NCBI GenBank assembly: GCA_973851085.1
Contig: OZ316775.1
Span: 7,316,001-7,380,000, forward strand
Reading direction: 5' to 3'
Source: Ptychomitrium polyphyllum
Lineage: Eukaryota
DNA: 64,000 nucleotides
The notes under the pieces were generated by a model. It had not been told where the DNA came from, did not search any database, and saw only the letters and a list, made by a program, of their open reading frames with translations. How positions within the stretch are numbered: the stretch's first letter is position 1; each line of letters starts with the position of its first letter. Below are positions 26,985 to 40,200 of the stretch, one piece after another. Made by a program: the position numbers and the translations under genes.

Positions 26985-28825
26985 GGCTCCGAACCTCCAA
27001 AACTTACTCCAAAAACTGCATTTTAACCATCCCCCGCCCTTTTTCTGACGCTTACTTCATTTCCAGAATGTGGCTCCAGGACATTCTCATTTAAGCCAGA
27101 TCGAGACCTATGTGATCCTCTCGTGTATGTTGTACGCACACAGAAAGCTCATGTCTCGGTTCCGACTAGTTCCTGTCCTCCCGTCCTTAAACCCTAAACC
27201 TTAAATACTAAACCAGTCCCGACAGAAAACTCCACCAAAGAGTGACAAATTCATCCAATTCCACAACACAATCTCAAGAACACTGGCACAAGTCGCAAAA
27301 CCAGAAAAGAAACACACACACAGAGAAAAAATAAAAAACCCACGGCCCTCTCACAAGCCTCACAACAGCAACATACAGCCACAGGAGTCCATCCCACATT
27401 AGCTATCCCCACATGAACGCAAAGAGAATCATCTAGTGTAAGTAAGAAAGAAAGAACTACATCAACGCCAATCGATGCCTGCCGTCCTCCAGCAACAAAA
27501 GTGGAGCAACCCGGCAATCGACCACTCTGCTGTGCTTCCTTCGACCTTGCATTCACAGCCCTTCGCTGCAAAATCTCTTCTGCCCTAACCCTAATCTCTA
27601 CACTAGGGGTTCACTTCTGGGATGCTAATTCCTAAAACAGTTCAGTGTACCCAAGACCGACTCTATCTACAACTCACGTACATTTCATACCACAAGGTTC
27701 TGGCGGATGGATGATGATCACTCGAATGGATGAGCAGAGAATGGATGAGCAGTTTATTGAGGTCAGTTACTCCAAAACCGTCACCATTCCCGAAGATCGC
27801 CATTATCTAGCGAGGGCATGCACTTCAGCATACGAAATCCGCAAAAGAAGTAGAGAATGTGGGGACGCAGATGCAGCGATCTTGATTTTTTACAGAGTGC
27901 AAATATCTGGCGGATATCAAGAATGTAGAATTGCCAGAAGATGAGTCGGTGGGGATGCATGCCAACATGATCACTAAGGCCTGATCATGAGAAATAGGCA
28001 GGTCCCTTCATGTGAAATGAATGGTGTTTTGATGATAAGGGTATTTTGTGATGTGAAGTGTACACCTTCTGTAGATGGAGGCGGTTTTTGGGTGAGGTGG
28101 CCGTTTTGGGTACAGGCCCCGCAGAAGTAGGTCATCGATGTTTCTGTTCATCCGTGACATGGATACTATTCATCTTCGGTAACGATATGTCCTGAGCCCA
28201 GGACACTCCCAACTGTATCGTCGTTTCGTGCACTCTGCAATAAGGAGCTTCTTAGTGTTGCCACTCCCGAGTTCCAACCTATCGTCGATCAATTGCGACA
28301 AAAGAAATCTGCTATTTATGTACATCGGATTTTGAGTCTTCTGCCATTGTGACTCCGACCCCGTTCAACTTTGTTTGAATCTAGTAACAGCTTCAGGAGT
28401 TGGGGTGTTGTTGGGTGCGGTGATCAAGCTACTAGGTGCTCTTGAACTTCAACTAGGGTTTGCGGAGCCCGAATTGTGTAAGGAAAGTTCGGTCTTATTC
28501 TTCGGAAGGAGTTGGTCTTTTGAAACTGATCTGTTGTTATCACGTGAACCCTAGTCACAGACACGTTCAACATTCAGCTGTGAGGTTACGCAATGTGCGT
28601 GTAGCTCCTATCTGTTTACCAGATACACGATAGCAGCCAATGCAAGCAGTGGATTCTTGGTAACTGCTCGAATGCAGGAAACGTCGGCAGCCTGCAGTCT
28701 TGATGATTTCAAGCTTGTAGCACCAGCTGTAGTGGAGTTTTAAGGGCACGTGGTGTAGTTCACGCCTGGCTTTCGTCTGAGGCTTGAATTTGAATAGCTT
28801 CTGGGTTTTGACAGTTGCTGGCATT
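26985..28825. promoter_or_regulatory. Divergent promoter/5' leader region shared by DEG10 and IFT122, with telo-box-like motifs
   Basis: Head-to-head start codons separated by 1841 bp; CpG-rich. AAACCCTAA at 27189-27197 (followed by degenerate TAAACC units), CCCTAACCCTAA at 27583-27594, TAGGGTTT at 28454-28461, G-box CACGTG at 28541 abutting AACCCTAG. Transcription starts not determinable. Confidence 0.55.
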
Positions 28826-31800
28826 ATGCGAGCCGTAGTAGCCTGGACAGACCATGTGGTATGTGTGCGCACATTCGTTCGATTCGCTTTACACTTTCCA
28901 TGTGCAATTCATGTTGGTGTTGCAAACCCTAAATGGGTCACTATCGTCCATTTGCCTAGTTTTTCCTTGTCTTGGCTCCATAGCTCGTGATTGTGGAAGG
29001 CAATTGTTGAATCAGTCTCAAGCATGTTGTTCAATCTTCTTTGTGATGATTTAGTGTTACTGGGGTACTATGCAGCCAGAGCACGATGGAGTCAGGAGTG
29101 TGTGCTTTGATATTGCCTTCCGCCCTGGTACATCGATTAAGCTGTCTCCCAGTGCTTAAGACAAAGTAACAGATTTGCGCTTAATTTTACCAAAAATTGA
29201 GCATCAGTACAACAGGGGCCAGATGTAATCAATGTGGTTTTGTTACAGATGGGAGCCATCTGATAGCAGCAGTTGGCAGCAGAGTTCTCATGTATGATGC
29301 AGCTGACGGTGAACTTCTTCACTCACTCAAAGGTAACATAATCTCCCTAAATTGGCCTTGTGTCGTGACCTAACTGTGTATTTCACATGATTTTAGAAAC
29401 CTCTGTTTCTTATACTGTGATAGAAACTCTCCTCTGGGTATATAGACGCCGAAAGGTTTCTGTGACAGGGTAGCAAACAGTGACGAATCCCAGTTTACTT
29501 GTCTTTTGAGGAAAGGTCAAGTACTGCGCTATTTAATTCATGCATCCAAGTATTGGCTGTGAGGAGCATTTCGTAGACTGGCGAAAATAACCCAATTTCT
29601 GAGGATTCCCAGGATAAGCAGCTGTTATATAATGCCATTTTTATTTGTTGTCAATGTCTCCGCTGAGCCTGTCTCGGATACACTTGGTGCAGGGCATAAG
29701 GATGAGGTTTACTGTGTGGCCTATTCACGGGATGGAAAGCGGTTTGCCTCTGGAGGAGCTGACAAAACCATCATCATATGGACTCACAAGGTTGAGCACG
29801 CTTCATCACCAGATCCACAAAATGTGACTCTTACTGTGGGATTTGGGCTTTTTTGATGTGAATGGAATCCTACTGCTTTTGTGTGATGTTTTGATATAAT
29901 ATAAAATACGTAGAATGACATGGCAATTGCAGTAATTTAATCGATTGCGTTGTGATTTTATTGACCTGCAAAAGATTGATGGTTATTGCATGGTGAAGGC
30001 AGAAGGCATACTTAAATACAGCCATGGGGACTCAATTCAATGCTTGGCCTATAACCCTGTCACTCAGCAGGTGGGTTACTCGATTCATACTATGTTGAGC
30101 ACCTCGAGTAGCAACGCATATCAATCTCTGTTGTGCTTTTAAGGTGTGCTTGGACGACCAGCTATCTCAGCTAACTTGATACTTCATTCGCAGCTTGCGA
30201 GTGGGACCGCAACTGACTTCGGAATCTGGTCTCCAGAACAGAAGTCTGTTTCGAAGCACAAGGCTCCTTCCAAGGTCATTAATGTCTCTTGACCTGCTCA
30301 TTCTGTGGTGTGAATTCCTTCCATAATTCACTGGACACCATTGTAATAGCCTTACAGCTTTACGTGTTTGAGGTCGAATTATTTTTGAGAATTTTGTCGT
30401 TTCAAAAGTTCCTAAACCTCAAGATGTAGATGAAGATAAAGATGGTGAATGTCAATGCAGGTGCTGTGTGCTGCATGGACTGCAGATGGACAACAGCTTG
30501 CATTGGGGATGTACAATGGCCACATTTCCATCTGCGACAAGAGTGGCGTTGAGCAGGTATTCACATTCTCTTCCTGAGTCCTAATTATATCGAGAAGAAA
30601 AGACACGACCTTCACACAACTCATATCTTGATAGTATGCCTCATCATGCTTCAAATTGCGCACGACAGGAGGTATCAATTTGTCATGCCTTCTAATTGAT
30701 TGGATTTGATGAGGGTTACATCACGCTTGGACTCACAGGCGATCATAGAAAGACCGGGACCTGTGTGGACGTTACAATGGAACACGTTGCAGAACAAGAC
30801 GTCAGATACCCTTGCTGTTGGATGCTGGGACAGCACACTCTCGTTTTATGATTTATCAGGCAAGCAGGTTTGCCCCAGTACCTCGACAAAATTATTTCTA
30901 TAATGTTGATCATCAAGCGACTCGAATTATATTGTTTCTTGAGCAAGAATGGAAATTAAGCTCTTATAAATCAGAACTAAAACAAACATCACCACAACAT
31001 CGTATCTTAGTCCAGAAATAGATTCCTTCTCAAGACCGAATATTGACTGTTAGGCCCAATGACAGTTTTCGACGAGTTCAATTCTTTTCAGCAATCATGA
31101 TATTGTGTTGTGGCAGGTTGGGAAGAGCAAGAATATCGGTTTTGATCCATGCAGTGTCACATACCACGACAGCAAGTATCTCTGTGTCGGTGGCTCTGAT
31201 AAAAAGGTGAAATCTCGTAGTATTGTTTTTGGACTGTTTTCTTCTTTTGATATAAATAGGAAGAATTGGCGTGGACAGAGTGAGCACAAACACCAGATTC
31301 GATGGAAACAACATTCTTAATATTCAAAAACTGAGTTAGTTGGCCGTTTCCTTCAGGGAGAGTGAAGGAGAAGATTGTAACGGTATCAACCTTCCCAAGT
31401 ACCCGCAATAATGCCAAGTATGCAATGCAAATCTGCGTGGTGTCAAACCTATGATCTTCTGAGCATACATCTGACATTATCCATCAGGCATGTAGGTGTT
31501 TCTATATTCAAAAGATGGGTTGAAACTGACCACGATGTGTGAAACTGGTGACTGGATCTGGACCATACGATCACGACCCAAGCACGACTATGTGGTAGTA
31601 GGATGCAATGACGGCAGCATCTCTATGCTCCAGCTTCTGTTTTCGACTGTAAGAATATCTTCCTCATACCTTGTGAGGTTAACGCCAATTTGAATCGTTA
31701 ACATTTGTGGCCATGGTCGTTCTATAAAAGGCTAAAGCTTTTGATACAATGCAAGATGATAAGGATAAGAGAGGAGTTGGGCATAATGGAAAGACCAGGT

Positions 31801-34800
31801 GCATGGATTATACCTAGAGCGCTATGCATTCCGGGATGCCATGACCGATGTCGTCATACAACACCTTATTACTGAAGAAAAGGTAGCAGCCTCTTGAAAA
31901 TAACGCAAACTAAATATGAAGTGATCTATGAAGGTGCATAAATTCATATTTGAGCTGCAATTTCATAGACATTCATTGTAGAAAGTAGCCAAATGCAGTC
32001 ATACAGAGTCACAGTCAAAGAATAGTAAAATTGGGCAGACATATAGGGACGTGTGAGAGGTGCAGGTGAGAATTAGGTGCCGGGACTACATAAAAAAAAT
32101 AGCGGTTTACCAGGAGCGTGTGGCGGTGCAACTCTCCAACCGCATCGTCGTGTATGAGTTGAACAAGGTAGGCACCGGGGCAAGAGCTGCTCAGTATCGT
32201 GTCTGCGCCCACATCGACCGCTCTTTGGAGTGCAACCTCCTCGTTCTCACCTCAGAGCACATTACTCTTTGCCAGGTTTATATTCTGTTTTCTTTGAAAA
32301 GCATGAATAGCACTAAGTTATCAGTACCATCTATTGAACCTCAGTTAATCCTGATTATCTGTAGGATGTTATTTCTCAACCACTTTGATACACGACACTG
32401 TAATCCAGGAGACGAAGTTGCAATTATTCTCCTTAGATGGAATCAAGGAGAGGGAATGGCTCCTAGAGTCTACCATAAGATACATCAAGGTGCGTTCATC
32501 ACAAGTTTAAAAGTATTAAGCATGAGGTCTTTTAGTTTCATAAAAATTATTTATCTCCAATAATAGAACCCGTAGTATCGGTTTTTTACTTCATGCATTT
32601 ATTGTGAATCACAAGAAGGGCATTTTATTTTCTGAAACACAGGTTTGTGGGGGTCCTCGTGGAGGTGAGGGCCTGCTAATTGGAATGAAGAACGGTTTGA
32701 TTGTGAAAGTATGGATCAACAGTAACTTCCCCATTCGCCTCTACAAACACACGAACGGCATACGTTGCCTAGACCTCTCATCTAGGAGCGTTCGCCTCGC
32801 CATTGTTGACGAGGCTGCCAACGTGGTGGTGTATGACATCGAGGTAAATACCAGCTCTTATGTGTTGCTGTAGTAAAATAATTGCTGTAGTAAAATAAAA
32901 GATTATTGTAGTGATAATCATGGAGTGACAATATTACAGGAAACAAGCACCGTTGTGCAATGCTCATAACACTTCCTACCACATCTGAATAGTAGACCTC
33001 TGTCTGATGCGAGGTCATCTTATATAGACGAAAGAAATCAGTTTCGAGGAAAAGAGTGCGAGCTCAGTAGCCTGGAACACAAACATGGAAGACATGCTTT
33101 GTTACTCGGGAAGCGGCATGCTGAATATTAAGACGGCTGACTTCCCTGTGCACCGACAGAAGCTTCAAGGCTATGTCGTTGGCTTCCAAGGCTCCAAAAT
33201 ATTTTGCTTGAATCAGCTCTCCATGCAGGTGCACATTGCGTTCTCCCTTCTGCTTGATGATGGCTATTAGACGGCTATGCCTGTAGATTTGTCGCCATAT
33301 CATGCCTTGATTAAATGAATCATGCATTGAATTAAGGAGCAGACAATTGAAGTCCTACAATCAACGAGTATGTATCACTATGTGGAGAACGGCCAATACG
33401 ACGACGCTTACAAGGTAGCCTGTCTTGGAGTTACCGAGGCAGATTGGCGAATGCTGGCTCTCGCGGCACTGAAAGGCAGTGCTTGGGATGTGGCGAAGAA
33501 GGGGTTCATCTGCTTGCGGGATGTGTGCTACCTTGACCTGCTCCACAGGCTTGAACAAGGCCATTGCACGCACGTTCAAAAGTCGACACTCGGTGCACTC
33601 GTACTTGCATATCAGGTTGCTTAACACTCCATCCTCAGAAATTTAGTCCAAGCAATGTCACTTCCTTTCAATACGGTTCTTACACTAAATACGAAACAAC
33701 ATTTCGCACTAAACAATGCAACCAGTTGCATTCACGTGATTTTGCTAATGCATTTTAATAGACCGAAAGCACTACATAGCAGGGTAAATTCAAAGAGGCA
33801 GCGGATGCATACATCGAAGCAGGCCAGGTGAGCATGGCCATGGAGATGTACACTGATCTCCGCATGTTCGACGAAGCCAAGGCACTGGCCGAAACTACAG
33901 TCCGGTCCGAAGTGAATGATATCACCACCACCCCAAGTAAAAGAGAAGCGGATGTTCAGGAAATCATTCAACGTCAAGCAGAGTGGACGGAAGAAGCAAA
34001 AGATCATGAAACGGCAGCTGATATGTATCTCGTTGCTGGGCAGCCGGAGAAGGCCCTTGCGCTTCTGGTGAAGCACGGCCCAGCCTCCAAACTTATTGAG
34101 GTGATTGATGACGACACCACGTGCCTCCTCATCAATTGATTTGTTTGGGAGAACAATGAGGGAATGTGTGGTCCATAGTTCTATGAAGCATACAAGAAAG
34201 CTGTCATTAGATCCGACCGTCATACATATTCTGTATCCATTTCAGGTTGCAAGACGGCTAAAGAAGACTCAGGCGAAGGAGTTGATGAAATGTGCAACTT
34301 TAATGAAACGTGGAGGGCAGTTTGCACATGCCTTTGAGACATACACGAAACTTGGTGATTTTAGGTTTGTCTTGAAGAACATAATTTTATGTCATAGGGT
34401 ATGCTCAACCAGTTACCGGTAGTCCCGTACTTAATCTAATTTTAAACACAGTACAAAGAGAGATTGGTGCTTACATACATGAGTTGCAGTAGACGGATTA
34501 TCGTCACCTTCTCTGTCCTCTAGCTGTTTAAGGAGATACTTCGACAAAATGCTCTATGTGAGGTATCAATCCAATCCTTAAGCTGTAATGTCTTCAATAC
34601 CGTCCACTTAGCAGTGCGATGAGAAGATTACTCACTGACAGTAATCGAACATTTGTAAATTTGTTGGAATCCAATGGCAGGTCCATTCTGTCTTTGAATC
34701 TGGAGCTAGAGCAATGGAATGATGCGTTCGTCATCAAGAAACTGCACCCAGAAATCGAAGATGATGTTACGCTTCCGTATGCGCAGTGGTTGATCAATCA

Positions 34801-36549
34801 CGACCGCTATGACGATGCTCGACTGGCATTCTCGCATGCTGGCAGACCAGAGTTATCAGAGCGCTTGCTGACTCAACTGATGGACAACGCAGTAAGCACT
34901 CACTCAGTTTATGCTTACATTTTGCCCAAAGGTCCTTCCTGTTACAATTTTGTGTGTCATTTTGCTACAAGTTATGGTCTGTTCTGATGTGAGAAAATGG
35001 CCATCAGTTGAAGGAGAAGAGGTTCAAAGACGGGGCACGTCTCTGTAGGAAGCTGGCTGTAGAAGCTCTGGCCCAGGTAGCACTGATTGCGAAAACTAAT
35101 GATGCAGAAAAGGAAAAGCTAAAGTTTGAAGAATTTGTTGAGTTTAGACAACGTGCGGATATTCTGTATGGATACTCGTTCATATATCAGTCTATCAACG
35201 AACCTTTTCGTACATCAATGCCTGAGACGCTGTTCAATATCTCTCGCTTCCTGCTGGCAAGGATACCAGAAGATCCCCCATGTCGAGTCTCTCTTGTCAA
35301 TATCTTGGTTACTCTTGCCAAGCATAGCGAGCAGCTTGGTAAGACCATAACCCTAATATAGCACATTGAAACACAGGATCGGTACCAGTCATGAAATCAA
35401 TTACTGCATACATCTAAATGCTAAATTTCCTATCTACAGATATTATAGATCAATTGCATATATATACAAATAGATTTGGTCAGGGAAAATTTCTTTCCCT
35501 TATCCAGCTAAGGAGTCAAATCCTTGTACGCTGTGCATTTCAAATTTTTCTCATAAGATTAGTTTCTGTTCAGGATTTTACAAGATATCAAGGCACGCTT
35601 ACGAAAGATTGCAGAAATACAAAGTGCCTCAGAGTTGGGTGGATAAAGTCGAGGTGGCAACATTGATGATGCGTGGCAAAGCTCGGAGACCCGATGAACC
35701 CAAAATGGACTTAGCCATATGCTGTGCGTGTTTCTCGCCCTTCTCTATGACGACATCCTCAACCGATGACGCTTGCAGCAGATGCTCTCAGCCTATCTTC
35801 CGCTCCTTCATTACATACGACCAATTGCCACTAGTAAGCACGCATAGCTTTGGTACTATGCCATGTCCTGCTATGTTTGATGTTGATATTTGAACGTGGT
35901 TTAATGTTTTCCCACGAATTTGTTTATACAATTAATGATGGTGTTCTGGGTATAACAGGTAGAGTTCGTTCTGGACGAATCTATCTCTTACGAGCAAGCA
36001 ATGCTACTATGTGCTAGTGCACCTGCAAGCAAAAACTCACAAAATATCAACAACCCTTTGGAATTGGGACAGCAACGAGCGTCAAAGTATGGCCCTGTAG
36101 TTGCTACAAAGCCCATGCTTTCAAACCTCCAGGCGTCACAGGTCCTGATGCAAACATGTCCTGCACAATACGAGAGACCTAGATATTTCTACGCAGTGGA
36201 TCCCACATTAGCTGTAACGCAGTGCAGCTCCTGCAACCATTTTTTCGAGCAGGAAGAAATGGACCTAGCAACGCTGGAGTACGGGTACTGTCCGTTCTGT
36301 GGAGTTCCGCCCACCTTGCCAGATTCGAATCCTTTGACCTCCAGGTTGGGAAGCAGTCTCGGTGAGCAAGCCCAAGGCAACCTGCTGCCGTTGCCCCCAC
36401 TGCCAAGCGCCAGGAGATACTTGAGCCAAGTCCCTAGCAAGGCTCAATTCCTAAAACCAAAAAAAAGTAAAGCCGTGGACATCAACGTACCAAAAGAGCA
36501 CGAGGGACTGTTCTCTATGACCAGGCAGGACCACGTGAGTGTACGCTAA
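28826..36549 (+). CDS. IFT122: Intraflagellar transport protein 122 (IFT-A core; WD40 repeats, TPR-like region, C-terminal Cys clusters); 22 exons, 1255 aa
   Basis: Exons: 28826-28858, 29076-29127, 29249-29332, 29693-29790, 29999-30070, 30194-30274, 30461-30556, 30739-30867, 31117-31206, 31496-31648, 31799-31882, 32066-32275, 32409-32489, 32643-32843, 33028-33228, 33343-33615, 33783-34100, 34246-34364, 34681-34891, 35008-35338, 35574-35833, 35959-36549 (3768 nt, GT-AG, no internal stop seen). Hallmark peptides [91 protein letters not shown]-terminal CxxC pairs (CCAC/CSRC, CSSC/CPFC). Confidence 0.96.
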
Positions 36550-37271
36550 GCATGATTCGTAGAAAACAGTACAATTGGCACTTCGTCATTGGTATATTAA
36601 TAACGTGAGCTTCGTTTGATAATATACGTACATGACAATCAAAATGTCCAAATGAGCATATACATACAGCACATTTATACAGCAAGCAGCAACACAGTAG
36701 TAGAGCAAACACATGATTGCTGACGGAGATTACATCAAGCTGCCAACAATGAAAACTCGTAAATAGCAAAGGAACCTCCGCTCTAGATGACACAAGGGGC
36801 CACAAAATTTATACCATCCTTTCAACATTTCGACACCCCGACATTAGAACAATTGGCTAAGTTGACTGGGTGGAGGAATAAACTATGGAACCCTTCAAAG
36901 CTTGCAGCGGCTCAACAAAACCCGAGCATCAGTGACTTCAGCTGTAATAGCAAGTTATTGGAGCACGGAAGCTACACGCAAGGAAACCTTGGGAAATGAA
37001 AGAGTCTTTGTTTTGAGAAGGGCGACAACCTAAACCACCTCTTCGCTGAGTCTTCACTAACATATATATCATTCTCACTTGTCGAAAGACTGGAAAAACC
37101 TGGTCAAAGCCAGATACTAGAGTGGCCTGCTTATGTCAAAGCATCGCGAATGGTCATCCGCGGTGTTGGATCATGGATAAACGACCCGTCGAATGTTTCT
37201 AGAAGATCAATGTTAGAAACGGGAGAGCCGCATTGTATCCAAACTGCATCACCAGGTAAGAACTGAAAATG

Positions 37272-40200
37272 CTATGGGGTGGAGGATAGAGACTCGGCAG
37301 CTGCCTGTAGCCACTGTGCGGCTGCCATGGCTCCAGGGTCTGGAACTTTTGCGAGGACATGCTCCGGTACATAACTCGACCGACCAGCCTGCGCAAGGTG
37401 GACAAAAGATTAGAAAATATCAAATACTCAAATATCTCAGACCCACTGGACGCACACCGGCAATAAATTGACGAAATGTAAATGGCATGACTGGTCCAAC
37501 AGTAGCTAATCTGTAGTACTGGAGAACATATTATAGGGTGTTGATAACGACAACCAACACAAAAACTAAAAAGACTACGGGCTACATAGCGCTTCTACTT
37601 GTCAAGCTTGAACAGCAAACACTATTGATGCAACGCTTTTACAAAAGAGTAATCATTTGGTGTGAAAACACATCAAGTAGAGAAAACAAGGCGTACTGCA
37701 CATCCATCAATTTTGTACAGCTGGTTTGTAGATTGACTTTCAAGTAAACAACGAGTGTGTAAACTCAAAAAACGGTTTAAATGTCGGTTCCAAAGTCACC
37801 TGGGCCAGCATGGTTCTTGTAGCTTTTGCACCTGCTACAGCAGCATCTGCAGCAGCATTGAATGCCTTCGACGGATCCTCCCCGGCAGCCAATTTCTGCA
37901 GAAGTTTCAATAGTTGGCTATATTTTCCCCATAAAATGTACTTAATATTAGCATGCATCTGGCTTGCTATTGACAATAAAATTGTCACCTGCTACAACAC
38001 TTAGTAGATTAAATGATTATTTTTAAAGCAACCTCTTACCTCTCGCAGGGCAGCCGAGGCAGGAAACAAGGCATCCAATAAAGTACGATGACCAGCGGAG
38101 GCACCCCCATATTTACTTACAGCATTAACTGCTGCCTCAAAGGCTGCAGACCCTGCAATAGAAATTAATGAAACTTTGGTAATAATTAGAGCACTAATAT
38201 GTGTGTGTGTTAAGTTTGCGCCGCTATCTTCCACCCTCTTTTAACGAATCCACAGGAACATTTTAAAGGACGTTCCATAACTTACCAACCAAAGCATAAT
38301 GAAAGAACCTTAAAAGTAGATCTAGTAAATGAAAAAAATCAGCAACTAATGCAATCAGGATGCAGACCTGTAAATCATTATTGGCCGCTAATTTGCTGGC
38401 ATATAGACACGGAACTTACATTTCTTGGCTGTAACTGGGCTTCCACCGTTCTTCAGAATCGCAAATGCTGCTCTAGTAAATATATCGTATCTGAATTTCA
38501 AGTGTCCATTTCAAAAACCATCCACGGACGCAGACACGGACGAAACAGTTTACCAGTAAACATTGTAATTAGAAACAGTATAGAGAAAAGCACCCCAAAC
38601 ACTAGTCATTCTACATCAAAACCCAAGTTTGGAGCTTTCAACATCTGGTTAACCAAAAGCTGCAAGGATCGCCACAGGCAACTTACAGTATTCCACTAGT
38701 GCCACCTGTTTCTCTTCTTATCGAACAGCCTATCTCATGTACGGTAGCAGCAGCATCGTTCAGGGGATAGCTGCGAGGTAAACAATGCCATCATTAACAA
38801 AGAGGTTTCTTGGCTATGCACTTACAAAGGAACAGAGCACAAGAGTAAAACATGCCTTTATGTATGATGCTTGGGGATAATAATTTTTCAAAACTGAAGA
38901 GTACATCAAGCTAGTAGACCAAAAAAGACACCACCATAGATTTGGAGCTATGACCTCAGGACCAAGCAACCACAAATATAATAGCTTGAGCTTCCAATTA
39001 AAGTAACGATACATCAAGACAACAACGCTCTAGTGTACAGTACACATATCATAATGGCACCACAATGCATTCACTTACTGCTTATCTAAGTCCTGAAGCA
39101 CTGCTTTTGCTCCCTTGGCCATCTACAAGAAATAAACGTAGCTTTTAGCTCATCAACCAGAAACTCATAGACCAACATGATCAAAGCTACACTTTGGTCC
39201 GAGGTTAAACTGCTCATGTATCACGTGGAGGATATAAAATCAGGTTCAAACAAACCCATAGAGAGATATGTGACCTCGAGGAAAACAAAACTAAAACTAA
39301 GTTTCCGATTCGCACATGAGAAAATTCAACGGCCCTGACATGCACAACATAGATGACAGAATAATCGCCTTTAAGAAAGTGGAAGATATTCATCCAAATT
39401 TAGGCAAGGGGTTAGACAAAAGTGAGCAATATATGTCGCGCAAGTGCGCAATTCTCACCGTTGATCCACAATCTCCATCTCCAACTATGCCATCCCATTC
39501 ATTCAGAGAATCCCGAAGACTCATCACTGCTGTTGCACCAGCTCTGATTGCAGCCTCCAATTTTTGGCCTTGTGCGCTCAATTCTTGTGGGCGGACTGGC
39601 GCCTGCTCAAGGCACACATTTGGATAATATTGTCATTACTCTCTGAACCAAATCAGACTCCTAAACTACATGTCAAATGTTCAATAGCAACAAAATCTAG
39701 TATACAACTATACAAGGTCTCATAAACAACTTATCTACAGGTTGAAATTAATTGAGAGAGCTATAACAACTCCCAATCTCCAAAACAATGTAACAAATCT
39801 AACGAGGCGTCTGCGAAACAAACTCAACACTCAAACACTTCTGGAATATCAACAATGCTTATCAAGTCGTTCTTGCAAGTCAGGATTATTGTTTGCTGCA
39901 AGTCTTAAACTACAATAAACAGCTGAAAACAGCACAATTAGATCAGGTTTAGGGTCATGTTTCAAAATTCAAATTGTACGTCATAGCAACATGCCCAACC
40001 ACACAATTACAGAAGTATTCACTTACGGTTCTATTAGCAATTTATATGTAATGAACTTGCGTCACTGAAAAAGTGGTGGTGTGAATTAACAAAGAATAAA
40101 ATAAGTCATCTGACTTTACATTTAAAAACCTGTGAATAAGAAAGAAACCAAAACAAAACAAACCAAAAATCGAAACCAAAACCAAAAAACAACAAATAAA

